Source: Lama guanicoe | Lineage: Eukaryota | Reading direction: 5' to 3' | Assembly (NCBI GenBank): GCA_013239625.1 | Contig: MU056760.1 | Location: 2,795,493-2,859,492 of the forward strand | DNA: 64,000 bases | Part shown: one piece after another, positions 40,641 to 54,715 of the stretch | Layout: every line of letters starts with the position of its first letter | Numbering within the stretch: position 1 is the first letter of the stretch | The notes under the pieces: model-generated | Databases searched by the model: none | What the model was told of the DNA's origin: nothing | Seen by the model: the letters and a program-made list of their open reading frames with translations, nothing else | Translations under genes and position numbers: made by a program

Positions 40641-43489
40641 AGAAAGGGAAGCCAGAAGGTGTCCTAGGTCTTTGGTTCTGAGCGTGGAAGGATTCTGGAG
40701 AATCTCACTCCTTGAGCCCTCTCCCAGCCCCTAGCGACCACCATCACCAGCACACATGTGCTGAGCACCATTGAATGAAGGTCTGCCTGGAGCAGATGAC
40801 CAAGGCAGTAACTTCTCCCTAAGCCCCCACCCACTGCCTGGCCCAGGCTGAGTATTGTCATCAGCACTCCCCATGCCCACCCACCCCGCCTGATGATTCC
40901 ACCAGCTGCAGCAAATTTCCAGGAAGGGAAAACTGTCCCCCTTTATCATTTTGGAATGAGCTCACCCCCCTGGTTTAGTTTAAGATAAATCGCATCCCAG
41001 TCTGTTTTGGCAGTAAGTTCCATCATTAACCCACTCTCAGGTTGGGAAATGTCGTTATCGGTCCTCTCCCAGCCCTCGTCCTCCTCCCTCCCTCTTCAAG
41101 CCTCCTTCTCATTCCAGTCTGATGTGAGAAGCAGCGTCACAGAGGGTTTCCAGAGACGAGTTTCAAAAATGTTACTTCTTTGGCAGTGGGTCCGTGTGAA
41201 AATGGGAGAGGCCCCCAGCCCCATAGATGCTCCAGGATCCTGAGTGTCAAGAGGTACTTTAAAGAGCAGGATGGCCCACCCTCCCCTCTCACTGCAGCTC
41301 ACGTCTCTGGGAGCTGAGGGAGATGATGTCGGGAGAGTTCCCCTGCACTCTTGGTCCTGGAGTGAATCCCGAATGGCAGATTCACATGGGCTGGGCACTG
41401 GCGTTTTAGGTGGCCCTAGAGGCAGAATCTACCCCTGCTGTCTGCTGGGCAGCCTGGGGACCTGGGGTGGGGCGGTCAGGGTTGTGTTTAAGGAGCATAT
41501 TTATTATAAGATTATAGTCAAGGCAGAAGTTATGTCTGAGCCTGGGTCCCACGTGCTCCTCTGACTTAATGGATTTCCCTCATTCCTCCTCATTTCTTCC
41601 GTTATCTTCCTCCCTTCTCTCCCGGCCCCCCGCCCTTCTCCCTCTGGCCGCCTGTGCCTGCTTCCCACGTCCTCACCTCCCTTGCTCCTGCTTTCCCTGC
41701 TTCCCTGCTCTCTGCCCGTCACCCCCTCCTCACTCCCAGGACAGGAAATTGGGAGCCCAGGCCCCTACAGCCTTGATGCCCACGTGGCCTGAAGCAAACA
41801 ATGCTCCAATTGGGTCCCAGGGGTGGAGGCTCTCAGAGCAACCCAAAAAGTCCCTTCAGACCTTTGGATTCTCTGTGTTTCTCTCCTGGTCATTCTCCCT
41901 TCCACTCCACCCCACCCCACCCCTCTGTCATTCCTCCCCCGCCCTCCTCCACCCTTCCTTCTCCTTTATTCTGGGCCTCCTTATGTCCTGAGGGTTTGTT
42001 CCATGGGCAAGTGCTGTTTCCTTTAGGGGAAAGTTTAGGGGCTCAAGATGGATTCTTTTGAAGGCCTAACCTCTCCTGTCCTGAGGGGCTTCTGTCCTTT
42101 TAGCTTCAGTGACCCCCTCCTTTCTGGGGTTTCAGGGCTTCTAGGAAACACAGCTCACCTGGGGAGGCTCCCAAGAGGCCATTGGTGTGGCCTGGGCCCT
42201 CCCTCACCTTGCTTCTCAGCCCAGGATGAGCCGATCAAGGACCTCCTCCCTGTAAAGAGGGCTCAGCGTTGGCAAGGTTGGCAGAAAGGATAGAGCCAGC
42301 TCTGGGTGCAGGGTTAGATCAGGATGCCTCAGAAAAAAATAATAAGAGAGACTGTTGCAAAGCTCCAGGGAACAGATGTTTTCCATTTGGAGCATGCTGA
42401 GAGAGAGCATGGAGGGGGCGGGTGGAGATGGAGGGAAGAAAGAGAAAAACTGAGAGAGACCAGAGAGGAGGTCGGGAGCAAGCAGAGCAAAAGACGAGAG
42501 AAGTGGGAAATCAGAAAGGAGGGAGAGGGAAGGAACTGGGGATCAGAGGGGGCCTCTGACACTGAGGGCCACAAAGCCCCTGTTTGCTGGAGTGAGGACT
42601 CGACCATGAGAATTCAAGGAAAATCCAGTAACAGTGATTGCTCCTCTAGCCCTGGCCAAGGGAGTCCGGGATGGGTGTGGGCACCTCGGGGCCCTGGCAG
42701 CCAGGGCTGGGAGGTGGAGGATCGGGCAGTGGGCGGGCACAGTGCCATGCCGCTCCTGCTGCAGCCCAGGCCAGCTGTCTGGGGAGCACCATGTTTGGTA
42801 AAACAACTGTTCAGGGACACTAAGGCTAGGAAGAAGGGGTGCATTGCAGCCCCCTCAGATGTGTGAGGCTGGGTGCAGGTTAGGGGCCCCATTCTGGAGG
42901 CTGGGCCTGCCAGGGGCTGTCTGCACGGTGGCCAGGAGACCTCAGGAGACCTCACTTCTCTGGCTCTGTTCTGTGTCATCTGGTTTCCTGCCTAACTGGT
43001 AATGAAGTCCATCGGAGCAAAGCAGCCCTACCTATTTTTCAGGCATGTTCTCTGGTGTGTGGCCAGGACAGGGCCCAGGGCCCTGAGGAAGGTGGGGGCT
43101 GGAGATCCCTGTAATTGAAATCTGTTGGTGTGAAGGCACTCTGAGAAGTTCCCAAGGGAGGGACCAGGCACAGCCTCCAGAGATGGGGCTTGGGAGAGAG
43201 GGCAGCAAGTTGTAAACAGCTTAATGAGCTGTGCCAGGACCCGGTGGGCTGGTGGGCCAGGCCTGAGGCGGGCCTGCTGGGGCAAGGTCTAGGGGAGTGG
43301 ACAGCCTTGCCTCTGAGCTGAGCTCCTGGCGATGGAGGAAGCAGCCACAGGGCTGGTGCAGGACAGGCCTCCCCACCCCCAACACACACCACAAACTTCC
43401 TTCTTTCGGCTTCTGCCTTCTCCTCCAGGACCCTGAAAGTTCTGCCACCGTGGGGCCCAGCCCTTTGGGTCGGCACAACCTCCCTTCTC

Positions 43490-43575
43490 TCTGCAAGTCC
43501 AAGTGCCTCTATGCCTTCAGGCCCCAGCTCAAATGCCACTTCCCCCAGGAAGACTTCCCTGACCACACCAGCACA
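43490..43575. mobile_element. L2 LINE fragment
   Basis: ccttcaggccccagctcaaatgccacttcccccaggaagacttccctgacc. Confidence 0.65.
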
Positions 43576-45134
43576 GCTGACCTGACCCCCACCTGGGTGC
43601 ACGGAACACTCAGAGCTGGCACTTGTCATTCCACTGCCCTGGGTCCCTCCAGTGGTTTGATGGCTCAGCTGCTCCACTCCCCCACCTGTGATCTTTCTCC
43701 CTCTCCAGGGAGGGCCAGGCACACAGTACTCAGCAGCTGGACATGGTGCACTCAGGTATGAAGACCGCCTGCTGGGAGCCCCAGGTGGCAGCTCTAGAAG
43801 GGGGCATAACAGCAGAGCAGAGAGCTCAGGCTGAGACAGCCAAGCCCCTGACCCACCTTCCCTGCAAGGCCCTGGGTTCAGAGCCCACCCCTCCTGGCCT
43901 GGCCTTCCTGAACTTTCCGCCTTGGGAGTCTCCATTTCAGGCTGTCTCCAAGGACAAGAGCCTGTGTTTTCTCTCTTTCACCTTATCATGGGAGCCTGGC
44001 TCCTCTGTGTTCAATTAATTCTCTGATTCTCCCCAGTTCTCATCTCCAGTAGAGAGTGCCCGTCTCAGAAAGCCGTCGGCAGTATTTTAGAATGTGGTGA
44101 GCTACTTTGCTTACACAGTGGACCTTAGGTAATGTCTGTGCCGAGTACCCCAGTGCTGTGTGCTACAGTCAAGGCCTTCCTGAGGTCTCCTCCCTGCTTC
44201 TTGTTGGAACAAGATGGGGTGCCTGGGTTCTCCACCTCTTTCTGGGCGCTTCCTTTGGGAAGTCTGTTATCCACGCTCTACCCTAGACCTAATCTGAACT
44301 AGTGGAACCTCAGCTCTCGGCAAAGTCACCAGCCAGGCTCTGCTCGCCCTTTGTGCCCCCTCCCACCTGTGTGGTACACCAGCCCCAGAAGGGGCAGCCA
44401 AGCTGAGGGCTGGGTGGGCTGCACGGCCCCTCGAGGAGCCGCGTTTCTGAAGGTGCCTACGGCAGGTGGGTACCTGCGCGGTGTGGGTTTGAATGTGTGT
44501 TTGTGTGGGCTGGCCCAGGGGTGGAGAAACTGCCGCATTTTGTACTGATCTAGGGGAGGAAGGCAAACCGGTTGTGGGGCAAAACTTTCCTGCCTGTTGG
44601 AGGAAAGGCGTGTGCGTCCCCTGTTCTCCTACATGCAGCAGACAGTGCAGGGTTTGGAGAGAGGCTAGGAGCTGCTGGGGAGCCCCTTCCACTGCGGGAC
44701 TAGGGTGAGGGCCTCCCTCTCTCAGCCTGGTGTGTTAGCCTGGGGTACATGAGGGTACCTGCTTCCCTCCCAGACACATGTGGAATAAATGAGAGAAGAT
44801 GTTTCCGGTAAGTGCAGGCGGTTTTGTAGTTGTTACCAATACTCCTTGGTGTGAACCCTGCCCATTCGCAGGCACCCCCTAGGCCTCCTTCCTCCTCATC
44901 CCCCCACCTGTCCCTGGCAGCATCACCTGGCTCCCCTCTTCCTGATCACGTGGGTGGAGTTAGCTGTTTGGTCTGCTGCCCTTCCTGGAGAACCACGTCT
45001 GTGTCCAGTTCGCTGTCCCCAGACACATGGTGAACAAATGGAGTGACAGGACACTGGAAAAAGTCAGTCTACCTGAGTAAATGCTTAGCCGCAGGAGGAC
45101 CCCCCCACCCCACCCATGTCCCCACGGCCAGGCT

Positions 45135-45325
45135 CTGAGGTCAGACAGCCCAGTACAAACCTGGCTCCGTCACTTCCTCTCCCCGTGGCCTTAGGCGAGT
45201 TCCTTATCCTCTCTGTGCCAGTTTCCTCCTCTCTGAAGTGGGTGATAAAAGTGCTTGCTCTGTGGGGTTTTGTGAGTGTTGGCTGAGATGGTCTGTGTGG
45301 AGCACGTAGCAAAGGGCCTGACACA
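45135..45325 (+). mobile_element. MIR SINE
   Basis: gtggccttaggcgagttccttatcctctctgtgccagtttcctcctctctgaagtgggtgataa. Confidence 0.72.
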
Positions 45326-45436
45326 GAGCGAGCGCTCTGAAACTATCGCTTGGTTTCTCAGACCTCACCCAAGAGCAAGCCCATCCTGGGCTATGACTCA
45401 GTGGGATGGTTTCCATCACCCAAGACGAGTTCCTGA

Positions 45437-45856
<420 letters not shown>

Positions 45857-47108
45857 TGACGAAAAAATCTAGGATTGGCTGATACCTTTTGCCATGTTTC
45901 TGTAAGGCCGTCTAGCCCTAGAGGTTGTCACTGTTACACATCAGATCCTTGCCCTGGAAACGCTAGACAAATACCAAAATGCCTTTTCTGGGGAGGCCTC
46001 CAGGCCCTCTCTAGTCACTGGGCTGCCTCCCCCATTTCAGAGGAGCTCCATGCCTCATTGTGGGATTCAGGTGGTATCCTGGAACACACTGTCATGTCAG
46101 GCCCAACTTGAGCACCCTTTGAGAATGGCTTCGAGGGTGCCAATAGGGGCTGGCAGCCCCTAATCCTAGGACGTGGAGCCCAGGACTTGGGTGCCCAGGG
46201 CTCAATGACTCTCCTGTGGGAAGGTTTGGAGGCTGGGGGCAGGATATTGGTGCTCTGGTCTTGGCTTTGCCATTCTCTTCCTGGGTGATCATGGGCAAGT
46301 CAGCCCCTTCTCAGAACCTCAGTTTTACTTCCCTGTGCAGTGGGCATTCTCTGGTCCAGGGAACACCTCTCTGACAGGTGATATAGTAGACCCAAGGTTT
46401 TTTCTGCCTTCTTTAGCTGCTTTCAGAGAGGAGATACCAGGATAGGTGTAATGATCTGAAAGCGTACAGGCCTGCATTCGCACAGTGATTTCTGAGGTAT
46501 CATTTAGGAGCCCACAGCGACACAGTCCTCTCCTGTTGCAGTCTAGTTTCCACATCAGATGTCCCACTGTGAGAGCTCTTTGAGGAGAACTGTCACGAGG
46601 GCATCACTGATGTCTGCCACATGGAGAACACAGAAGCATCCGGACAATGGCTCAGATGGCTGAAGGGTTGTCGTTGTCGAAAGGGGTCTGATTTGTTTAG
46701 GAGTAGAAGCTAAGAAGAGTTGGACGTCAACTCAGTATCAGGAAAAATGGTTTAACTCGTAGCATAGTCCAGGCACAAACTCAGGAATCACCTGGTGAGG
46801 ATGTCGCCTGAAGAATGTAAATATCACGTGGGAGAGGAGCTCAACCAGGTCATCTTTACAAGGTCCCTGCTGACCCCGAAAGTCCTTAAAAACAGGCCAG
46901 AACAGAGATTCCCTTTTCAGCCCTTATTCCCACTGCCCAACTTCTTAAAGGATTTCTGGCTCAGGCCCACGTGAGCGAGTGGTCAGAGTCAGGGAGAGGA
47001 AGCCCGCTCAGTGGCATCACACCTCGGCCCAGGTTCCCCTCCGCGTGGCTCCTGTTGCCTTCCAGTCTGCTCAGCAAATGTTTGGTTTTTGCAAGCCTCA
47101 TCCTCCTT

Positions 47109-47272
47109 CCTCCTGCATTTCAGACATTAGCTCCTCTGATAAATGCCTCCCGGGAGGTCACATCCAGAAACTTGATTAGGGAGCTGGTGACCTCCTGCAT
47201 TTCAGACATTAGCTCCTCTGATCAATGCCTCCCGGGAGGTCACATCCAGAAACTTGATTAGGGAGCTGGTGA
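47109..47272 (+). repeat. Tandem duplication, 2 x 82 bp, one mismatch
   Basis: Units 47109-47190 and 47191-47272; they differ only at gataaatg versus gatcaatg. Confidence 0.95.
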
Positions 47273-47478
47273 GGAGGATGTGGGCTCTGTCTTCAGGCCT
47301 GCAGCCAGGCAGACGGCAGCTTCCTGCCATGCTCGCAAACTTGAGCCTGCCGTCTCAGTGCCGAAAACTTGACCAAATCCAATAACGAGTACAATTTTGA
47401 AGCAGCAGTGTACCGTTTTTCATTTATGCTTATTGTTTGTAGGTATTTTCTTGAAATTGAAGCAGTTTCCAAGGGTGG

Positions 47479-47492
47479 GTTTCCATGGTAAC
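47479..47492. promoter_or_regulatory. RFX X-box motif GTTTCCATGGTAAC
   Basis: Near-palindromic match to the RFX consensus GTTNCCATGGNAAC; function untested. Confidence 0.45.
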
Positions 47493-50400
47493 TGAATAGC
47501 TGTCCAGAGTGGCTCCCTACAGCTGTTTCTGAAGTGGTCCCTCTTCTCTTCCCGGGGTGCCTTGCTGATTTGATGCAATTGGAGCAAGGACTGCCCACTG
47601 TTAAAGTGACAAGCAGCCAGAGGGGCCAGTCGGCTCCAACGTGGGCAGTCCAGCCCCTTCTCACCCTCTCTTCCTGCCAGCATCCCACACATATGCATAA
47701 AGAATAGCACATTGCAGGCCTGGGAAGATTTTCTAAGCACTCTTTTCCCAAAGACAGGCAAACACTTTGGTGTGCTGATCTCCAGCGTTCCCTGATCTAC
47801 GTGTCTTCCCTGTACTGGCCTTAGATTCAGGACATCTGGGACCTAACCCTGGCCCTGGAATTCACTTGGGTGATGTAGGAAAAGATATGCTTGACTTTCA
47901 TGCTTCTGATGTCTCCATTTGTAAATGAATAATACTCTCTGTATTCCTAGACCAGCACTGTTCTAATCAAATGAGGTGATGCACGTGAAAGTGCTTCTAA
48001 AAGCCTGCAGTGCAATATCAGAGAAAGCAAAACACAGCACATGCGCTACCATGCCCCATGCTTTAGTCCCTCACCGGTGACAGGCATCACTAATCAGCAC
48101 TTTTTCCCACCAAGCACAGATGGGACTTTAGGATCTTTTTCGCTGTGGTACTACGTGATGAGAGCTACTCTACCCATTGGTCTAAGCTTGCACTTCTGTA
48201 AGGGATTCATTGTAAAAATAGTAGAGAATCAGAGAGAGAGACATAGCAGTTGTCTCAGCTTTGTGAACTCCAGAGGTTGGTGCATCCTTGAAGAATTATC
48301 CAGAGCAAGGAATATGGAGGTGAACCGGTAACCCTCCCCACCTTGGAGTCATTGCCAAGGTAAGTTGCCAGGGAGGACATCCTGGTCTTACCACACCCTG
48401 TGGCTCTGTGAGGACATCAGCCTCTGATAGGTACGAGGAGAAGGGGACACATGGCCACCCAAAGCCTGGGCTGGAAGAGCTCTAGGTCCCTCAGTGAGCC
48501 CTCTGATATGCTGGCTGAGTCCCGCTCTCTGAGGTCTTGGGAGAGGAGGGCAGAGCTAGACTCAGCTGGGTGGGTGCCACTTTCTGCCCTGCATTTCTCA
48601 GGGCGGGATGGTCAGATACCAGGAGGCTGGCCTTAGGGCCTCTCTGTGGCTGTGTACAGGAGATGGGACAGGAGATTTAGAGACCAGCTAGAGAAGAGCC
48701 TCTGGGAGGGAAGGCTGTTGCTTTCAGGACCCTGGTTCAGGCATCCAGGAACATGAACTTTGGCTCAGAAACATGTTTTCTGCTCTCCCTGCCCTGCTGC
48801 CCTCCTGGCCCTGGGTGTAGGGGGACATAGGTTCCAGCTCCACCCTGGGCTCAGCTCAGACTTTTCCATCCAGATCAGGCAGGAAAGAGACACCTCCTTA
48901 GCAGGGCTGTGCCAGCAAAGAGGCCCCACTGTGCACGCAGCAGGGTCCCTCCAAGAGGATTCTGTGCTGTCAAGCTCTGGTCTCTCAGGCTGCCTCCTCC
49001 ATCAGGCTCAGGGATGGCCAGGTGGCTTCAGGAGACTGCCAGGAGTGGAAAGAAAAAGGCATGTTCTCTGCCAATGGAAATGCCCAGTGAAAACCCAGGA
49101 GCAGGGCCTGATGGTCTCTGCCAGCTCAGTCTCCGGGTAGGTGGAAACCATACTTACTCAGCCTAGATGTTAAGAACTTAGTTTTCTGGTAGAAGAATCT
49201 AGTTAAGAAGGGGAACCTGAACTTTACCTGCCTGCCCCCGAGGAAACCTGAGAAAGGAAGCAGGGTCCTTCCCAAGATCAGCAGAGGAGCTGGCCCTCAG
49301 GTGACAGTGCTTTTCCAAGGCGGCTCCAGCAGCTTGGCTGAGAAGGGACCTCCAAGGGACCAGGTTTGCCTGGGGAAGGCAAGGAGCCCAGGATCGACTG
49401 ATGGAGTCAAGTCACGGAGAGCCCTCCCAAGAAGGGGTTCCTTTGAGGTCACCTGACCTTGATGGTGGGAGGATCACACTAGCCCTGGCCATGACTGACT
49501 CACTCTCCCTGCTCTCTGCTGGGCTGAGTTGGGAGGGTGGGTGCTTTGGTGCAGCCTGTTTCACTGCAAGTGACAGCTTGAAAGCCTCAGCCAGGAGTAG
49601 GCAGGTGCGGCTACGTCCTTGCACCTGTGTCTGTGGGTGGCGCCCCACCCTCCTCTCCCAAGAACAGATGCTGGGGGTAAAGTTTTCTGACCCCTCTCTG
49701 GCCAGGCTTCCCTGCTTCTCACTGGCCCCTGCCCCTGGTCATGCTTTCTTCTTGAGACAGAACTCCGGGTTCCTACTGCCCCGTCTCCCCAGAATGCTTT
49801 CCTTCTCAGGCAGCAGTGGGGGTACTGCCTTGCGTGAGCTTAGGCTCCTGTGATGTGGTTCCCAGGGATGTGATTCCTAAAGCAGTCCTGGCCATGTGAT
49901 CTGGCCTAGTCTCTCCAGATGCCCCTGGAAAGACAGTGTTTCTGTCATCCATTGCTCTCTGATGAGAGCTGGCGATGAACTATTCCCTTGTAATCTTTCC
50001 TTGCTTGCAGAGTAGCTGTTGCTAAGTGGGTTTGGGGATCAAAGGTATGGCCACCTGCAGATGGCTCCAGAGCCTCTTGCCTCCCTCTCTCCAGACTGGG
50101 GCATGCCACTCAAGTCCCCAGAGTCTTCCCACTACCCTCACTCTCCCTCCCCAGCTTGGACAGGGCTCTGCCCCATCCAGCCCTAAGGTTCTGGGTAGAG
50201 CCTTTTGCTCCAGGAATCCAACCAGAAGGCTCTGCTCTCTAAGGTCCAAGACGTGAACTCTGGCTGCACAGAGCTTCCCCCACCCTGCTTCCCTGACTGG
50301 CCCCATCCCCAGTCCTGGAGAGTGGGACAGACTGGAGAGGTGACTCACCTGAGACAGACAACCAGCCCTTGAGTTGTGGGGGCACTTGGAGATTACTTCC

Positions 50401-50814
50401 CTTTGCTGGTCAGTTTCTCTTTTATCAAATGGGGATAGTAATTCAGGCCTTTGTGACCTTAAGGGGTAATCTTAGGGCTCAGATGAGCTGGGGGTTGTGA
50501 AAAGATAAACCAACATTAGGTATTTTGGGTGTCCTTTGAGTAGCAGACGTGGTGGTGGGTAGCCTGAGCCCTACCTTTGACTGGGCAGCTTGACCTCACT
50601 GCTGTGGGGCGAGGGTCATGGGCCCAAATCTCCTTGTGCTGTTGGGTGGCCTATGGTGCCCGCACGGTGCTGAGAAAGCAGGAAGGGGGTGCTGGGCAGG
50701 GACTGGGGACCTCAGCTACCTTTGGGGTCGCCTTTGGCACTGGTTTGCTGGGAGGGTTTTTAAGCCCCCAGTGTCAGAGCTGGCTCGTGCCTGGAGGTTG
50801 GAGCACATCCTTCG

Positions 50815-50985
50815 AGTCTGACTGACCTGGACTCGGGTCCTGCTGTGCCTGTACTCACTGTTTAACCCTGGCCACGTTCGTCAACCTCTCAGAGCCTCAG
50901 TGTCCTCGTCTGTAAACTAGGAATCGTGATGCCAAGCACCTAGGGCTCTGGTTAGAATGAGGTTTAAGGATTTTGTAAGCGAATG
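50815..50985 (+). mobile_element. MIR SINE
   Basis: aacctctcagagcctcagtgtcctcgtctgtaaactagg. Confidence 0.7.
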
Positions 50986-51028
50986 GCCCCGGGGCTGGGG
51001 TGACTTGGACATTGTTCATTTTGAAGTG

Positions 51029-51166
51029 GTTTTTTTGCACTTTGTTCTGGGGGGAGGTAGTTAGGTCTTCTTATTTCTTTCTTTATGGAGGTACTGGGGA
51101 TTAAACTCAGGACCTCATGCATGCTAACTAAGCATGCACTGTACCACTGAGCTATACCTTCCCCCC
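51029..51166 (-). mobile_element. Camelid tRNA-derived SINE (vic-1-like) with ~20-bp target-site duplication
   Basis: Reverse complement reads GGGGAAGGTATAGCTCAGTGGTACAGTGCATGCTTAG...GAGGTCCTGAGTTTAATCCCCAGTACCTCC...CCTAACTACCTCCCCCC plus an A-rich tail (Pol III A and B boxes). Flanks: acattgttcattttgaagtg (51009-51028) and acatttttcattttgaagtg (51168-51187). Confidence 0.88.
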
Positions 51167-54100
51167 TACATTTTTCATTTTGAAGTGTGGCACCCAGGCT
51201 GGGTTCAGACACTCGTGGTTTGCAGAGGCAAGTGGAAGCTCAGAGCCAAGGCCCAGACCGCTCCATCCTCTCTGGGCCCACCTGCGACTCTGGCCTGGTG
51301 CCGAGGTACAGGACCTCAGCTCCAGCCGGCCTGTGGATGGGAGAAGAGCGTGCAGTGTGAGGCCATGCTGCCCCGAGCCGAGAGTGAGGGCAGCCAGCCC
51401 AGTGGGCTCGAGTCTCGGTTGAGGGGGATCTGAGACCCACTCTTGCCATCTCGTACGTGGGGTGAGACTCTGCAGCTAAAGGGGTGTGCTGGGCCCAGAG
51501 GCTGCTAGAGAGGAGGGACAGGGATGGCCAGGCCCTGGCAAGGCCCCGCATGGTCCTGCATTCTGGCCGGTAGTTGAGTTAGGCTGGTTCAGCCTTTGCT
51601 TCCTGACCTGAAGAGCATCTGAGATGTGAAACTCAGTGCCCGGCCTTCTGGATGTTCCCTGACACTGGATAGTACAGAGAACAGCCAGGTCTCTGGTTCC
51701 AGGACCTCCACCTGCTCCAGGCTGCTCCCCACTTGTTGACTTCCTGAGCTGGAGTGGGGGCTCAGAGGCAGCCTGAGCGAATGGGGGGTCTTGCGCTGTG
51801 CTGTGTAAATGTGTGAAGAAGCTGTGTCCACACACAGCCCCTCATCAGTGGGGTCTGTGCCTGCCCCACCACCTCTAGTCAGGGCAGAATATTGCTTGTT
51901 TGGCAGGAAAATTCAATAGGAATGTCTTGGTGTGGTGGTTACATGGTGAGTTCTCTCTTCTTGTCCATCCCTAGTCCTGCCCGAGGTCTGCATCCCCTGA
52001 TGGGAAAGTGGAGGCTCACCGGGTTGGGGGGGGAGTTGCCCAAGCATCCCGTCAGCGTGGGCCTCACTGTCCAGAGGCCCCTCCCCAGCCCGCCTCATTC
52101 CCCGGCTGGCACAACCCCAGCACCTACCCTGAGCCCACATCCCAGGCTCATGAGGGTAGAGGTGGGTCCCCCTGCCTCTGACCCAGGATTCTAGGTGAAC
52201 TTTAGGCTGGCAGTGGAGTCCTGAAATGCTAATGAAGTGGATAGGAAGCTGTCAGTGTCACAGGGTGAGCAGAGCCCCCAGATGGCCCAGAGCCTGAAAC
52301 CCATGCTAGAAGGCTGGAGCAGGAAAGGCCCAGCTCCCTGCCTAGAGGTGGGGCTGGCAAGGGAGCCCCTCCAGGCTGTGACTCACCCTCTTACCCAGCC
52401 TGTGCTTGTCCCTGAGCCTGGCTGTGGGCCTCTGAAGACACACACCACCCCCAGCCGGCGGGTCCACTGGTGTTTTCCAGCACTCACCTGTGGAGGCCCC
52501 GGAGGAGGAAGGCCGGCGTGAGTTCTTGCCACATGCGAAGCATAGCCACCCTGCTACCCCAGAAGACCCCCACCTAGGCTGGGCTCTGAGTCTGGGGGCT
52601 CTCAGCAGGAGCCTCTTCCTATGAGAGCTGAGGGGAGCTCTTGGGAGCTGTGAGCCAGATATTGGGGGTGTCTGGAAGGAGCAGTCCCCACCCCCACAGG
52701 GAAATAGGACCAGCCTGTGGCCTTGGAGCTGCCCCAGCTCCAGGAGGGATGTGGCGATGTGTGGGCTAAGTTCTCATCCTGGAGAGATTCCTTATTCCCA
52801 GTCTGGTTGGACAGGTTGAGGCTGACACACCTGGGAGAATCCCTAGTGCGGGGAGAGAGCCTCAGTTTGGCGGCAATGTGGGCCTCGCTGCAGGGTGTGT
52901 CGGTGCCCTGGGTGGGTGAAGGGAGGCAGCCTTCCTTAGTGCAGCCTCAGAGGTGGCCCCTCAGTCCCCAAGCAGGAGGCTCCAGGGACCGGGAGGCGAC
53001 AGCAGCCCCCTAGCTGATTCCCAGCTTCCCAGCTGGAAAGGCTGTTAGAGAATCCCAGGAATGCGCCTTGAGCGCAGAAAGAAAATTCCCAAAATAACTT
53101 CTATAAATACTTGAGGGGAGGGGTGGAGAGGGAGCTCTCAGCCTGGGCTGCAGCTGGCCTAGCACTGCAGGCTGCTTCCCAGGGCAGCCCTCCCCACTGA
53201 AGAAGAAAAAGCTAGGACCCTCCTGCTACCCCTCTCCTCAGGGGGACAGTGTCCAGCACAGATTTAGTGAGATGGTATGCAGTGATAATTCAGAAAAAGG
53301 CAGGCAGGACCCTTCTGCCCCTTCATCCCCATCCTAGGCTGCAGCCCCTGACCCCACCTGTACTTCTGCAGAGAACCTGGGTTCCTAACCGGGAGGGGTT
53401 CCCCTCAGGGTCTCCATACAAACCAGAGACCAGACCCCAGCGAGTGTGAGGCCCCTCAGGCTGCCTGCCTTTGTGGCAGGTCACTCAGTACATGGAAACA
53501 CCCCTGCTGTGCCTGATTGTGCATCTAGGAACCCCCTACCCTGCTATCCTGTGGGGACTAGTGAAGCAGGCAGGAGCTAGGGTCCCTCAGTCTAGGAGGA
53601 ATGGGGCAGGGATGGCGTTGGAGAACCCTCAGTAATGAAGCACAATCTCAAGGTGCTGGTGTGGGCAGAAGGTGCAGTCCACCAGGGAAGGCTTCCTGGG
53701 GCAGCAGGGTACCAGGCAGGTGAGAGGGGGCCAGAGGCTCACTTCTCCCTGAGCTCCAGGAAGGGAGGGAACAGGGATTGGATGATGTCGGGAATTTCTG
53801 GGGGCTTTCCCCATAGCCCCGCTCCTTCCTGAGCAGCTGTAGTCACCCCGGCCCCATTACAGCCGCCATGCTTCATAAGCAACTTGCACTTCGTTCTAAT
53901 CCCCGTGGGACTGCACAGCTGTGGCGTCTCCCAGGTCAGGTGTCAGAAGCTGAGAGTCACTCAGTGGGTCTGGTCTCCTCTCTCTACATGGGTGCAGAGT
54001 AGGGAGGGGTCAGCATGGACTTTGAGATACAGGTTCTGTGTTCCCACCATCTCCTTGGGGCAGCTGGGGAGCCGCAGGCCAGGGGCAGAGCAGGTGAGAC

Positions 54101-54469
54101 GGTGCATCTTCCTGGGGCGGGGCCCCACCCAGTTGTCAGGCAACAAACAGCTCCGAGTTGCTACCAAACATGAACTGGATGGGCTGGTGTCTCGGGCAGG
54201 TGGCAGCAGATCCTGTTACAGGCCCTGGGCCTCCAGGCCCCAGCCTGACCCCGGTGTCTCCTTTCAGGCTCTCAGGTCAGCACCCCAGGGTGGGGGGAAC
54301 GTGATCCAACCCCACCCCAGCCCATACTCTTCCCCCAGAGGAAGCCTTGCCCTCCAGCGAAATCAGCTCTTCTGCCCACTTCTCCCCAACCCAGGACCCT
54401 CTGCTCATCCTGGGGTCGCCTCCACGTGCTGTCTGCCCACCATGCGTCCCGCTGCACAACTGCAAATTC

Positions 54470-54620
54470 ATCCTTGCAGAATCCTCATGCTAACTTACGA
54501 GGAAGGGCTGTTCTATTCCCCAGTTTACAGATAAGGAACTAGCAGCTCAGAGAAAATAGGCCACTTTCTGGTGTCACGGCCCTGTCAGTGGCAGAGCTGG
54601 GATTCTAACCTGGGCCGGTC
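54470..54620 (-). mobile_element. MIR SINE
   Basis: ccccagtttacagataaggaactagcagctcagaga...agtggcagagctgggattctaacctgg. Confidence 0.72.
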
Positions 54621-54681
54621 TTCCTCTCCCCACAACACGCAGAGGAGCCTGCCTCAAACCTACTAAACAGAGGAAGACGAA

Positions 54682-54715
54682 GACAGAGAGACAGACAGAC
54701 AGAGACAGACAGACA

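Noticed and set aside
43039-43935. 298-aa minus-strand ORF, the longest in the track
   Set aside because: GC-rich, low-complexity translation with no recognisable domain; it runs through an L2 fragment (VVREVFLGEVAFELGPEG). Likely a chance intronic ORF.
47109-47272. Repeat considered as CRISPR-like or a minisatellite array
   Set aside because: Only two abutting units with no spacers, in a eukaryotic intron.
51090-51166. tRNA-like sequence on the minus strand
   Set aside because: It is the head of a SINE with an A-rich tail and TSD, not a tRNA gene.
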